From the NCBI GenBank assembly GCA_001949185.1, contig BDGG01000008.1:682001-746000 (forward strand): 64,000 nt of DNA, in the 5' to 3' direction. Positions 38,966-51,583 of this stretch are shown here, in pieces. The stretch comes from Ramazzottius varieornatus. Its lineage: Eukaryota > Animalia > Tardigrada. The notes under the pieces are model-generated. The model searched no databases. It worked only from the letters and a program-made list of their open reading frames with translations, and was not told the DNA's origin. The position numbers and the translations under genes are program-made. Numbering within the stretch: position 1 is the first letter of the stretch; every line of letters begins with the position of its first letter.

Positions 38966-40235
38966 TCATGATCGGTAGTATTGCCGGACTTCTTCGTCCG
39001 CAGGTTTCAAAACAACCTCATCTTGCAAATTTACAATCCACCCTGGTTCTAAATCATAAAAGACTTGTCTTGGGTCTTTTCTCCTTGTGAGCATCTCATA
39101 CTGCGGGTCCTTCGTCAAGTCGGGCAGCTGATAGCCTAACTTCTGTGCCAGTTCCACTCTGGCCCTGCTCACTTCCGCGGGGTCCGCCAAGTACCCGCGG
39201 CTCTTCGGATCCGAGTAGAACTCCAGACAGTTTTCCGGAGGAAGAGTGCGCCTCGGTATAGGTATGCCTTTCTCGAAGAAGCGTTTAACATCCGTCATTG
39301 CAGCGAGGGAGTATGGGTCGAAGTAGGCGCATGTGATGGTCCCACCGTTCCTTTCTACAGCAGCTATGACAGCTTCCGTTGTCCACTGTACCTCGATGTT
39401 TACCTTCGCTTTGAAAATCTGAAGTCCCTGAAATTGGAGAAAATTCACCTATTAACCCAACCACTTCGAACCAAAACCACATCGGTTCATTTCCGGTTGA
39501 CCATTTTCGATCAGGGCAAGCCGAAAACTTTCAAAATCATTCCCGCACTTACGTCTTCCGTTAGGTTTACGCCAAAGTGCCTTTGCGTGGGATCTATCTT
39601 GTATATTTGGGTGTTGCATAGTGTGACCAGATCGATCGGCGAAGAGGCATCTATAAGTCCAATGTCGATGCTTCGTTGAAGCGAAAACATCGACAGTGGA
39701 GGATACTGCCTTTTTAAACTGCAATGTACAAGGTTGGAGTATCAGAAGATGGATATATCGGCACACGGCAACACAAGAGTTGTTCGCTTGTGCAGTTGCA
39801 CTTACTGGTGATCCCTGTAATACCACTGGACGGGATGTCTGGTGTAGTACGGGGAAGATCCTCCTTCGAAACCCATCGGAGGCTGACTGCCTTTCTTTTG
39901 CTGCTCCGGATAGTTTCTACCGCCGTCGATCCCAGTGTTCCTTGGTCCTCTTCCATACTAAACAACATAACAAGATCTTTTGCGTTTCGGTATGTAACTG
40001 TAAATTCACTTCCAGTAATCAGTCTAACCGGAAGAATCAAGTACACTGACTGCCATCAGCCAATCGCTCCTAATCCACGAACTCTGCAGCATGCTTCAGT
40101 TAACATTATTGTGATAAACGTCCAACTCACCGGTTTGGACTTGAACTGCGGAAGGGGTTTCAGGTTACCGATGCCGATTCGAGGTAGCTTTCTAAGAAGT
40201 TGCAGCGCCAAGTCGGTGCTCTTCGGTCCAGACAT
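38966..40235 (-). CDS. MRPL15: Mitochondrial ribosomal protein L15 (multi-exon)
   Basis: LALQLLRKLPRIGIGNLKP, GGRNYPEQQKKGSQPPMGFEGGSSP, FKAKVNIEVQW, AAVERNGGTIT, FYSDPKSRGYLADP, RKDPRQVF. Confidence 0.93.
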
Positions 40236-41645
40236 GCTGGGCTGTTTCTCGCCGATAAGAAGTCACAAAAGGGGCCTTCGGCCGACGCAAAACGGGGGTT
40301 TAGACTATGCGAGACAGATCAACGAGTCCATCAGACTACCATCGCGACTTTGATATCTCTTACGAAGCCACAAGAAGTTCAGAACATCTTGGCGGTATGT
40401 TGCGGTGCTCCTTGAGTCTCAAGAGTGAATCTGTAAATAGACAGCAAAATCAATCGCTTCAGCAGAAGGCGCATACGGCGGGTCAAAATGACAGTAACAC
40501 AAACCGAATTTTCTGATTCGGATTTCGGAAATCGGGATCCGGGAACTGGAAGAAGGACAACAAATTTGTGCACCGGAAGTGATTGTAAAGACGGAAATTG
40601 TACCCTAAGGCGTACCAATCATCTCTTTACGTCAAACTCCACGTGTTGATGGTTGATTCAGTTAGGACTTGATTAACAACGTTCAAGTCACACTAATGGC
40701 GCTGAAATTGATAGAGAATTCTATTCCTTTTGTTACTCTTGAAATTATCTTCCTATTTCGGATGTTCCACGCCGGACTGCACTATGACCGTCTGGACTTA
40801 CGGCTGGACAGGGTAATCCATTCTTGCGGTGCGCGAGCTCGCATCACCTGTTTGACTGTGGGATGAGAGGAAGTTTGGGCAAGCACAACTGGAGGATTGT
40901 TTGGAAGGGATGTGCGCTAATCTTTGGCTGAAACCATTCGACTGCGGTGGACGGTAGTAAACACAAGTATAATGGTAAGACACTCGCATCCTCCTGCTGT
41001 CTCCCTGTCAGAGCCGATGTACTCTTCTGCACGTTCACCAGATCTGAAATTCGCACAGGAATTTCGGAATATGGGTGAAGGATACCGTGAAGTTGTGGAC
41101 TCAGATGACGCTGTTTGGCTGTGTTCGTTTCTCTCAGGTGATTTCGCGAGGATACATATTCACGGACCCGGATGCATAGACCATTACTTTCTCCGGCTAA
41201 CTGTCTGACCAGTATGAGCTTCCTCCCTGCGCAAAGTGAGTACTTACTGGCTCGTACGAGGCAGATACGTACACGGTGTGGGTCGAGGTCGCGATTTAGT
41301 TAGCACCTTGCTAGCTAGTAGTTGACTTGCACTCTAATAACATAATTATCACTTCATCGATGGTATCAGGAGTACATCAGGTTTTACTGCGGATAAGTGA
41401 TGTGATAGAAACGCAATGCGGAAGAGAAGTGTGTTAAGGACGCTACGCGGAAATCCAAAGTCCAGCACCAGATCAGTCATATAAACTCACAGTACTCCGC
41501 GTGAAGCTTTGTTTTTGTTGCAGGAGAAATCTGCATTACCTGTCCCCGATTCTTTTCGAACAGCCCGACCTCGGGATGGTCTGTCTGCAACCTGCACTTT
41601 GATACCTTGTGGGATTTCGAATTTTTCTTTTCCTGTATACTGGAC

Positions 41646-44600
41646 ATGGCGCACTCGCTTGGTTTTATTTTTTTGCTTTTGCGAACGTTGGTGAGTACCC
41701 GGAAGTCTAGGTCTCCTGCTCTTAGTTGGGTCGTTCGTGAAACGAAGTAATAAGGTATGACCCTTTTTCCAGCTTCTGATATCTGCTCACAGCCTGCATC
41801 AACAGTTCTCGTCCGAAGAACTCATGAGGGTTTTCGGAACCACCAATCTAAACGAAAGTAAGAAAGAGCAACACATCTAGAGCATGATGATCTTCAGCCG
41901 ATTCAAAATATAATCGAAAGAATTTTGTCTGTTTAGTTCCAGAGTACCAAGTTGCTTTTGCTCAACTTCACGCCCTCCGAAAACGCAGTCTTATTCCAAA
42001 CGATAATCTATTCTACCGTCTCAACATGGGAGGTCGGGATGTCACACTCCATCTGTCTCCAAACAGAAGACTAATATCCCCACACTTTGTGCTAAAGCCA
42101 GACGGACTCAACGTCAACATTTCAGCCGCAGCCGAATGTCTGTACCACGGTCGTTTCCTGAATGGAACAAGAAGAGCAGCCGTCTCTACATGCGGCGAAC
42201 CGGGTTTGGTTAGTGCGAAATATTTCATAAAATTTCCTCAGAAAATCAGAGAAAAATGTGGTCTCTTTAAAAACGAAAAACCGAAAATCAGAAATTCGTT
42301 CTCGCGAGTTCCGCGACGAAGAGTATCAGCTGGTAAACCATAAGTCGTTATTTGATCCTACACATTTTGTCCTGTCATGTGTGAGTGTTCGACCTTGCAG
42401 ACAGGGATCATCGAAACTGAATCCGGCGGATATATGCACTTACATCCGGTTCCATCACGCTTCCAAGAAAACGTTGCTGATCAAGGCCATATGCATATAC
42501 TGGTGCCGAAAAATGACACGGAGACCTTCTGCGGTAATACGGGAAACCTTTACCTTGTCAAAAGTGACGTTGTTGTCTATCGTATTTCTTGTTCTCCAGG
42601 TTCCGAAAGCATTCAGCAGAAGCTGAAGGTTGAAAGTGAGATTCTAAACAAGGCTCTAAATAGCACACGATCAGTTTACCGCCATCAACGACAAGCGACA
42701 CCTGATAAACTCTATATCGAAACCGCCGTGTTTGCCGATTTCATGCTATACAAAGCGTTGATCGGCAAGACCTTCATCAACGACCACGACGCATTTGTGA
42801 AATATGTCCTAGCCATTGTCAACACGGTAACACGATACATGTGGCTTTGCTGTATCGGTGACGGACATGGTGAAATCAATACAAAATTTGTTTACAGGTT
42901 CAGCTAATTTACAACGAGCCTTCACTTGGACGCTCCGTGGAGCTCGTCCTTGTCCGACTGGAAATTCTCCAGAATGACAATCTACCTTTTTATAACGAGG
43001 AAGTTGACAAGTACCTGTGGGACTTCTGCAAATGGCAATGTATGCATACTTTAAAAAAATTCCATAGTTCAACAATTAAAGTCTGCGAAAAATAAGCGAT
43101 TTGTATCAAAATATTTGGAGGCTCGGCGAACAAGCTCGACGAGACTGTTTCCAAGAGGTGCACGTTTTCTCTGTTATTGGCTGATGGCGTGCTTCACTTG
43201 GGATAAGCGATCTTGTTGAGTTTGTTTTCCTATGTCCACCTTACTGTATTTTCACCCAAGCCTCTGAATTAAATATGAAAAATTTTCATTTTAGCTAACT
43301 TGAATCCCGGGACCGATACGTCGACACCGACACACTGGGACCATGCCATCATATTGACCGGTTTCGACTTACGCAGTGGCAACATTCGTTCCGTGACTGG
43401 TCAGTGGGTCGCCGCCTCAGGCACCATATCCTTTTACAAAAATGCTTAAATTTCTAACTTTCTAGTTCGAACCAAATACTCATTTTTGACCTATCCGAAG
43501 TGTTATGACAGGGGTTTTTTGCGGTTCCAGTTCTTGAAATTTAGATCGTTTTAGGCTACGCGCCGGTCGGAGGGATGTGCAACCCAGTGTACAGTTGCAC
43601 CATCAATGAAGGAAACCATTTCGGATCGGCATTCGTTATCGCTCACGAGATGGGTCATAGGTACCGTACTATCTCTCTTACACCTCACTGGCTTTCTCTA
43701 CAGGGTGTACTTTGCAGTTTGACGATGCAGCACGATGGTCAGTCCGGAGCATCGGGTAACAGCTGCGACGCCCAACGGTACCTGATGTCTCCCTCCACAG
43801 GACGGGGAAAGACCACATGGTCGTCGTGTAGCCAGACTTACTTGGATGCCTTCCTGCAGTCTCCACAATCCCAGGTAAGATACCGCAAGTTCCAGTTTCT
43901 GTTCGTCAAATTAAGTGATATGGGAAGCTGTTCGTGTGTTTTAGTGTCTCAAAGATGTTCCTACTGGACGGGAAAATGCATTGGATTTTAGCCACACTAG
44001 CTTGCCTGGTCAGCTTTATTCCGCCGATGATCAGTGCCGCTTACTGTGAGTGAAATCCGACTTGACGATTTATAATTGTGGTGAATCGCTCAATCACTTT
44101 CATCCGTCTTTGCAGGTATGGAATGGAATTTCATCGGTATCCGCTTCAACCCGACCCGGTACGTTTTTCGTGAAGCCTAAGACCAAGTTCAGTTTTTTAC
44201 GACCGGACCGGCTTGTTTTGTCGCAGGACGTTTGTGAGATTTTGATTTGTGCGAACACCACGGTGTACATCACTGGTCATCCGGCACTTCCGGGTACCTT
44301 CTGCGGAGAAGGAAAATGGTGCGTGAGCGGTGCTTGCAGTCCATGGGGCAATGAAGGACCCATGGCGGTGGACGGAGGGTGGTCGGCTTGGACTACGACA
44401 GCTAGTTGCACCTCGAACTGCCTTCTCCCTGGAGCTGGACTTCGGGTCTTCGAAAGGACCTGCACGAACCCTGCGCCAGTCAACGGAGGTCGTCAGTGCG
44501 TTGTACGTATGCACAACCTTCCGCTAGTTGGATTTTAAATCTTTTGTTCTTTTCTACTGACAAGCCCATAAAGGAATTTACAGATCAAAGTGCGATTTTC

Positions 44601-46323
44601 TTACAGGGAAAATCTAAGCGGTATCAGAAATGCGATGACACGTCACTTTGTACCGCTCCAGCAATCCTTCCAATCAAGGCTTACGCCAACCAGCAGTGTC
44701 AGTCCACCAGAACCACTCAGCTGGATTCCTCCCTTGTGGGTGTGGGTCGTCAGCGTAGCCAAGATCCAACAGGTGGTTGCTTGGTATGGTGTGACACATT
44801 GCAAGGTGGATACAAGACGTGGGGAGCCAAGTTTCCCGACGGGACAAGCTGTGGCAGTAATGACGGGGCGTCTTTTTGCATTGAGGGACAGTGTAAGGCT
44901 TTCGGCTGCGATGGCTGGTTAGCGGAAGACAGGCCAGGAGTTCCTTGTACATCTTTGCCGACGGGTCGCAAAATGTTTCATATGGCCTTTGATATCAACC
45001 AGACGGAAGTAGCAGCTCAAAGTACAGCTTCCCCAAAGACCACCAAGGCTCTCGTGACCACGGTACCGATGACGAAAATTGAGACATCCGCAAGGAGGGA
45101 TTCCCCGAAGCCGCCACCAAAGTCCAGGTTCTGGTCACCTTGGCAGGAAACCGGAATGTGCGTCTCGAGCTGTGTATCGGATAGCATAGGAGTAAGGAAA
45201 GTGGTTCGTCAGTGCGTGCCTTCTGGTGGAATCTGTTTAGGACGTTCGACGGCCATGGCGCACTGTACGCCGTCTTGTCCGAAAATGCTGTTCACCGGTA
45301 TGCTTAGTTGGAAAATTTTCGCCATATTTTTACCGCTTTATTATTTTACCTACGACTACCGGAAATAGCAAGTTATTCTGGTTACAGCGGATATGTATGC
45401 TACGAAAATATGTACCGCTCTAAGGACGGTCGATTCTTCTCTGACCGGAAGTGGGCAACAGTTGCCATATTCGACGGACGATCCGCAGCAGTCATGTAAG
45501 CTGTGGTGTCAGAGAGAGTCCTCCCTGCAGTCCTGGCCGGAAATGTTCTTTCCCGATGGAACATCTTGCGGGGAGCCTGACGGTGCTAAGCGATACTGTC
45601 TGAAAGGTGATTGTTTGCTGCTCGGATGTGACGGCAAGTTGGCGCACCCGGAAGACCCACCAGTCGTCTGCACAGAAACCAGTCACAATTTAGTTTCGTC
45701 GGGAGCAGAGGACAGGCGGAAACAAAGCCATGCCAAGCTGTCCGTGGTGGACAAGCCACAGACAGGAAGAATTCCGTTTATCTTGTCAAATGATACGGAT
45801 CCGTCGTTCCAGTGGACAGTTGTAACGACACCTTGTTCGGTCACTTGCGGAGGAGGTAACTTAGGCTGGAATTCGAATCTGAGAAATAAACGCGAACTTA
45901 ACCTTGGTCAACTGTTTTCTCTTAGGTTCGAGGAAGAACTATGTCCAGTGTGTTGCCACAAGTAGTTTAACGGATAAACAACGCAGAAAAGTCGACGAGC
46001 AACTGTGTGATGCTAGCGAGAAACCAAACGCTTCGTTGGAAGAAGCCTGTAATAATCAACCATGTCCCGGGTAAGCATGACTTGAGTGCTCTGGCCCTAT
46101 AACAAGTGATAACTCTTGCGGGAATTTCAGATGGAGTGCAAGTAAATGGGGCGACTGTAACGTGGATTGCGGTAAAGGCAACATGACAAGGTTTGTGCAG
46201 TGCGTCCAAGTGTCGCCTTCGATCGGCAGTGTCAAGGTGGAAAGTATCCTGAAAGATGATGCCTGCGACCTGAGCAGTAAGCCCACTGCGACACAGACTT
46301 GCGTTCTACTTCCCTGTTCCTGA
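41646..46323 (+). CDS. ADAMTS-family secreted zinc metalloprotease with thrombospondin type-1 repeats
   Basis: Signal peptide, prodomain (LHQQFSSEELMRVFG..PEYQV), furin-like RHQR, LYIETAVFAD, HWDHAIILTGFDL, zinc motif HEMGHSLTMQHD with Met-turn YLMSP, TSP1 VDGGWSAW…, C-terminal TSP1 (CSVTCGGG, WGDCNVDCGKG). Confidence 0.9.
43117..43266. mobile_element. Dispersed short palindromic element, most complete copy
   Basis: GGAGGCTCGGCGAACAAGCTCGACGAGACTGTTTCCAAGAGGTGCAC…GTGCTTCACTTGGGATAAGCGATCTTGTTGAGTTTG…CAAGCCTCT in an ADAMTS intron. Confidence 0.65.
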
Positions 46324-46566
46324 CACCTGCTTGGCTTTTTTATCTTTCAAGTGGTTTCACCTGTCTTTTTAGGTTTAGAATCTCCGGTTGTTTACTCAGC
46401 GTTCACGCCATCTGTTTTTCTAGTTTTGTAACTTGTTCTCGTTATTATTACGTTCTCAAAGCTCCAGATAATTATTATCTGTCTCGCTTATGTTCAGAAG
46501 ACGCAGTTTAAGTTCATGTTCAATAGTAAAATTGAAGTACAGGCAGAGCCATCAACTATTCAGAAG

Positions 46567-49500
46567 TCAATACTGAAAAGTGCTGTCAGAGCGCACTTGA
46601 GGCATCAGTGCGGAAGGCAACTCTTCCTTTCCTTCTAGGCAGACCGGCGGAGCTTGAGTCATTTCGAGCACGTTTCTGCCAGTGATTTCACGATAGACTT
46701 CATTGCATAACGAGCTGAGGTAGCTTCCATAGTCCCCAAGCTTTGCAACTGAGTCCGCCATATCTTCGCCGAATGACGTCACTGCGCCCGTAGCGGACAA
46801 GGAGATCAGCTCTTCGAAACATTTGACTGCCGCATCGTTCTGCTTGTTCTCCTCAAGGAAACTCGTCAGTTTGGCTTTTATTTGGCGCAAGACGAAAGAG
46901 TCGATGGCCGAAATGGTCTCTACGATTTCAGGGCGATCAGTTTGCGCCAGCGAAGACTTGTCTTTGACATAGTCAACGTTCGTCCACGTTTCCTTCAGCA
47001 GTATCCAAAGACTGTGCAACGACAATCGAAGGTTCTCATGGGTGCGCCACAGTCTGCAGACCAAATCTATGAGGTCGGTCCCTGCTGGTGTATACTCTAG
47101 GTACTTCGTGATGCGAAAGCTCTTGAGCAATATGGCTTCCAACTGCTTCAACAGATCGCACTGCAGAGCTTTCGGTGCGTTGTTCAGCAAGCTAACCAAC
47201 CTTTCCGGACACTTACCTATCCAAAAAGATATCTACCATTAATCATATCGACAGGTACATTACGATAAAACATAGCAGATATATTTTATCATACGCATTT
47301 CTGTTGAACAAAACAAACCGGTCCTGTACGGTCCGGCTCACCTAGTAAAAACTGGTTCTCGGCTTCTTCATACCCAGCGGTCCAGGTCGCCGTTGAGGCG
47401 AATAGGCATTTGACGATATCTTTGTCCATAGGCTCTTCCAGCCTGAAGTCCCGCTGGAACAGCCGAAGAGCGCTTCGAAAAGCCAACCGTTGAATGACCT
47501 CCAGCACGGTCGGATCTTTCGCCGCGCTGTAACTCAAAATGGACAAAACATTCCGAATGAGCACGGTTGACATGCTCTTTCCCATCAACTGAGACTCTTC
47601 GCTGGCGATAGTCAAGACCTGCGTCAATACACACGCTCCTTCTTGGGCAACAAGGAAGTCAGCCAGAAGGGGATTTTCTGGAGTACTTGTGCAGAGTATA
47701 GCAGATATGAGGTCGATCAAATCTTTGATTAGGTTCGAGTGCTGGAAGTCGTTTGTCTGCGCCAGACAAAAATGTTCCGTATCCAAACTTATGAGTCCGT
47801 TCAGCAAGCGGAGAACTTTTCTGCTGCCTCCTTGTCTCACAAATTCCGCCACGACACGAGGGAAGACTTCCACCAAACTGTCGATTGCGCTTCCCCGAAT
47901 GGACTCATATTGTTCTCGTGACCAGAAACTTCGTTCGTGTTCCCCAAACGGAGCGAGATAGTACAGGAGACTAGTGGTGATGTTCTGGCTGTCGAAGTCT
48001 TCATCGGTGTTTTTGGACTTCGCCGAGGTCGCCATTATCTTGAGTAGGATGTGTTTAAGCATGCAGTCTAGCTTGTGCATCTGGAGTCTTGTGTCCGAAA
48101 CCGGACATTCTGGTCGAACTGCCAGCTGCAAGTAGAAGCGGTAACTTCCGGAAGAGAGAAGCGCCGAAGCTAGTCGAACGTTTTGCAGAGCAAGCTCCAA
48201 CAGCAACGAAAAGATGACGGCGTAAGTGTTTCGTATTAGTCGGTCTGTATCGTGGACCGCAGGGAGGTAACGCTGAGATTGCACCAGCAAGGCCTCCACA
48301 ACCTATGAAGGAACCAAAGTGCCACTGTATTAATTCACACAAGTCAGCTGATCGAACGACCGTCGACATACCGAGTTTTCTGAAAATACGTCCGCAATCA
48401 GGTCTTTGGCGTTTTCGTCCTTCGAGTTGCCACTGCACAAACGGCAAAGCAGCCCAGAAATCAGGAACTTCTCATGTCGGTGACTTGTGATATCCGCACT
48501 TCCGTCTGAAAGCGCGTCAACAACTTCGACCAGCCTGTTTACCAGACCTTGCTGAAGTAGGATAGGTCCACATGCCGGAAAGAAATCCAAGTAATCGCGT
48601 AGAATTTCCAATAAGGGCGTGAACATATCTGGGGAAAAGCACAAATTTGTCCAAAAAACTGATCAGACAACCACGCATGTGCCATCATCTAATTCAAAAT
48701 TATTCCTACCGTGCGCAGTAAAATATACCTCGAGAAGGATGACGACAAGTGAGGGCAGAATCGTCGAATAAGTGATGGCAGAAATAATGTTGACAGCAAA
48801 GTCCGTCTGGGAACCGCTGGCCACTTCCTCTTTAGCGTAGCCCTGAAGAGTGCCGACCACCGGAATCGTTACACCAACCAACCGAGTCCTCAAGACCGCC
48901 AGTACATTCCCGACAACATCATAGAGGTCTCGCAGATGTCCAGAGTTTGAATGTAGCGCGTTCAACGACTGCGAAGTAACTTTCCTACTGGCAATACAAA
49001 GTAATACCACGAGTCTTTCGGAATAGTCGGCAAATGCTTGTTCCTCGTTCGCCATCTTGTTTATGACGGCTTTGATTAGGCAACTCAAGACTTCAACTTG
49101 CTCGATCCACAAGCTATGCTCTCCTTGTAAGTTCAACACCTTGTCTACTGCGAGCAGCTGACGTCTGCGGAGATCGTCGTAGAACCGGTCGTTGAGGATG
49201 AACACTGCTTGGACAGTGGCGTCAGTGATGAGTGTCAACGGGTTATCCGCTTCGATCTGTAATGTTTCACAGGGCGGTCGCATGAGTACCTTTCGTGGAG
49301 CATTCCCATATTGACTGACGAAGCGGACATCGGAACGGGATCGGAGGATGGCGTTTCCACCCTTCTTTAGGGCACACGCACTCTTGCTGGGAGCTTGGAT
49401 GCTTGCCGGCGGTTCCATCAAGGCCGATCCGGATGCAAAGTCAAAAACTATGTTACTCTTGCAGCTTACTTTCGTCTTCGATACTGCTGTGGTCCGTCTC

Positions 49501-49628
49501 GGTCCCGTGGAAAAGCACGGTATAAGTGCAGTAAGCTTGGCAACCTGCAGACACGTACGGAAATAATGGAAATCGGCGGTAACTTGACGAAAGTCAGTTG
49601 CCCGGAAAATGGAGACTTCCGGTACCAT
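46567..49628 (-). CDS. CFAP69: Cilia- and flagella-associated protein 69-like ARM-repeat protein (start uncertain)
   Basis: Blocks resembling CFAP69 from memory: DRFYDDLRRRQLLAVDK, HDTDRLIRN, DEDFD, WSREQYESIRGSAIDSL..FVRQGGSRKVL, EAENQFL. Four long helical ORFs in one orientation. Confidence 0.65.
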
Positions 49629-50043
49629 TTCTCTTTTCTTCTCATAATCGCGGCATAACTGCTCGAGTACATCGCTAAGGATTCCTAAAACTGCCGAACA
49701 GCCAGTTAATAATGATCCGCCACTGTACTGCCTCCATCCCGATATTGCAAAACTGCAAAATGTCGGAACGGCCAGAAATAAGCATCTGTTAACTTTTTAC
49801 GGAAAATTTGCTCGAGTTCGTCGTTATTCATCCACAAGCTTCGACATTCTCGATAAGACTACAAAAGGAAACCAGTCCATAGTCCCCGTGACGCGAAGAA
49901 AGGATCGCAGTAGTTGCACATCTTTAACGAATTAAAAGATAGTTTTTACAACGTACCGCTAATGAACACCAGAACTCCAGTCAGACTGTAGCCGCAGATG
50001 AGGAAAGAAGATCCAGTGGCCCAGTTGTCACTCTCGGCATCGT

Positions 50044-50427
50044 TCAGGAAGCAGCTACCTTATCCGACTGGTCCGGTCTGGTATCTTTCGTTGGCTGACC
50101 TTTGCCCGCGGCGGCGGCGGCGGCAGCGCCGGTTTTAGTGGAATGTTTGGCCTGTTCCGCATCACGACGAGAGGCATCCTGCAGCTGCTGCACGTCGACT
50201 TCTTCGGCTGGGAGGTGCACGTATCGAATGACAGATCCACGGATAAAGATGTTCTTAACAGCCAGCATATGCGGGAACTTCTCCGCGTCCGTCACAGCAA
50301 TGTCCAGAAGTTTCATGTTGAGATACTGATCCACAGAGTCCAGTGTTCCGTGAAGGCTCATGTCGTTCTTCAACTCCACCACGATCTCTTTCCCCACCAG
50401 CGACTTGAAAAACGAGTAGAACAGCAT
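50044..50427 (-). CDS. LSM2: U6 snRNA-associated Sm-like protein LSm2 (intronless CDS, extended C-terminus)
   Basis: MLFYSFFKSLVGKEIVVELKNDMSLHGTLDSVDQYLNMKL…IRGSVIRYVHLP…LQDASR. Confidence 0.97.
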   Translation of the reverse strand: MLFYSFFKSLVGKEIVVELKNDMSLHGTLDSVDQYLNMKLLDIAVTDAEKFPHMLAVKNIFIRGSVIRYVHLPAEEVDVQQLQDASRRDAEQAKHSTKTGAAAAAAAGKGQPTKDTRPDQSDKVAAS

Positions 50428-51583
50428 GATCGAACCTCCTAAGTCAAGCAGCACGAAGCGAATCGGGGATCGGCGGTATAAGACGAGAGGGCGAAGAAAA
50501 TTCCAGAGTGACTCGATGGAAATCGGGAATTTGAGAATCGGAATTTATATAGAAGAAAATCAAAGTTGTTCGTTCAATCAAAAACAGAAAAAATCAAGTC
50601 ACCGTATTTTATTTCATTCTGAGCTTATTCTAATTGATTTTGGGCGGGATTGATCGAACGAACTGCGTACCGTGTCCGGAAAAATTAATCATCGAAAATG
50701 GGTGTTAGATGGCGTCACACGGCAGTAGCCAATGAAATTTGCGCGTGCGCTGGAGTAACGTCGATATTGGTCGTCGGACAACAAAGCTCCAATTTATTTG
50801 TTACGCCCATTATCGACGCTTGATTTTTGCGTACACTGTATATTACGTATCTGCCTCTTTCTGGTGTTAATTATTATCCGCGAATCGCGATCCAATGATC
50901 CTATACGGTGGGCCAGCGGCAGAGTGATCAGTAAGGCGTGGTCAGATGACATCATATAATCGGAGCATGAAACTAAAGAATATCCGTAAACGACCAATCA
51001 TCGAACAGAATTTTCGTCTTGGACGATCTTGATTGGTCGATTACAGAGAATTTTCTGTTTGTCCCCACTCCATACTTCCCAAATTAACCCCGCCTTACTG
51101 ATCTACTGTGCCGCTGGCCCACGGTTCCGAAGTTCTCTTCCTTGACAGAGTCCTGCCGAAGTGATCTTTAAAGCTTCATGCATGACACCAGCAAGGGGCA
51201 GCTTGACATACACTAGCAGCAACGCGACGACGAGTTCTGATTCGGAAACAGGAAAATCGGTTGGCAGGCTTGTTCTCGGTGTGCTCCAGCAGAAGGTACT
51301 TTCGAACTTCCGAAATCATCAACCCTCTCCGTCCCACAAGTCCGGACGGATCCAGCGTCCACTGGATATCAGCATCTCTGCAGGTGACAGGTAGGCTACC
51401 GGTCATTGTCTAACTTATCAAAATCCGTCGCGGTATCTGTGGCTGGTCTCCGCTTAATGAGTTATCTCTGACCGATAAACTCTTTTAATTATATTCCCTA
51501 TCAGTCGTAGGCGCATCCAGTTTCTTCTTGCAAGCTATGGACATCAGATTGTTGCCACCTCCACTGTCACAAAATTAAACGGT

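Noticed and set aside
39724-40353. 209-aa plus-strand ORF and many other 60-200 aa ORFs in the track
   Set aside because: Antisense or alternate-frame shadows of identified genes, mostly with non-ATG starts and no recognisable motifs.
50970-51050. Imperfect inverted repeat (CGACCAATCA…TGATTGGTCG) between LSM2 and the aminopeptidase
   Set aside because: Too short and degenerate to distinguish a MITE remnant from paired CCAAT boxes.
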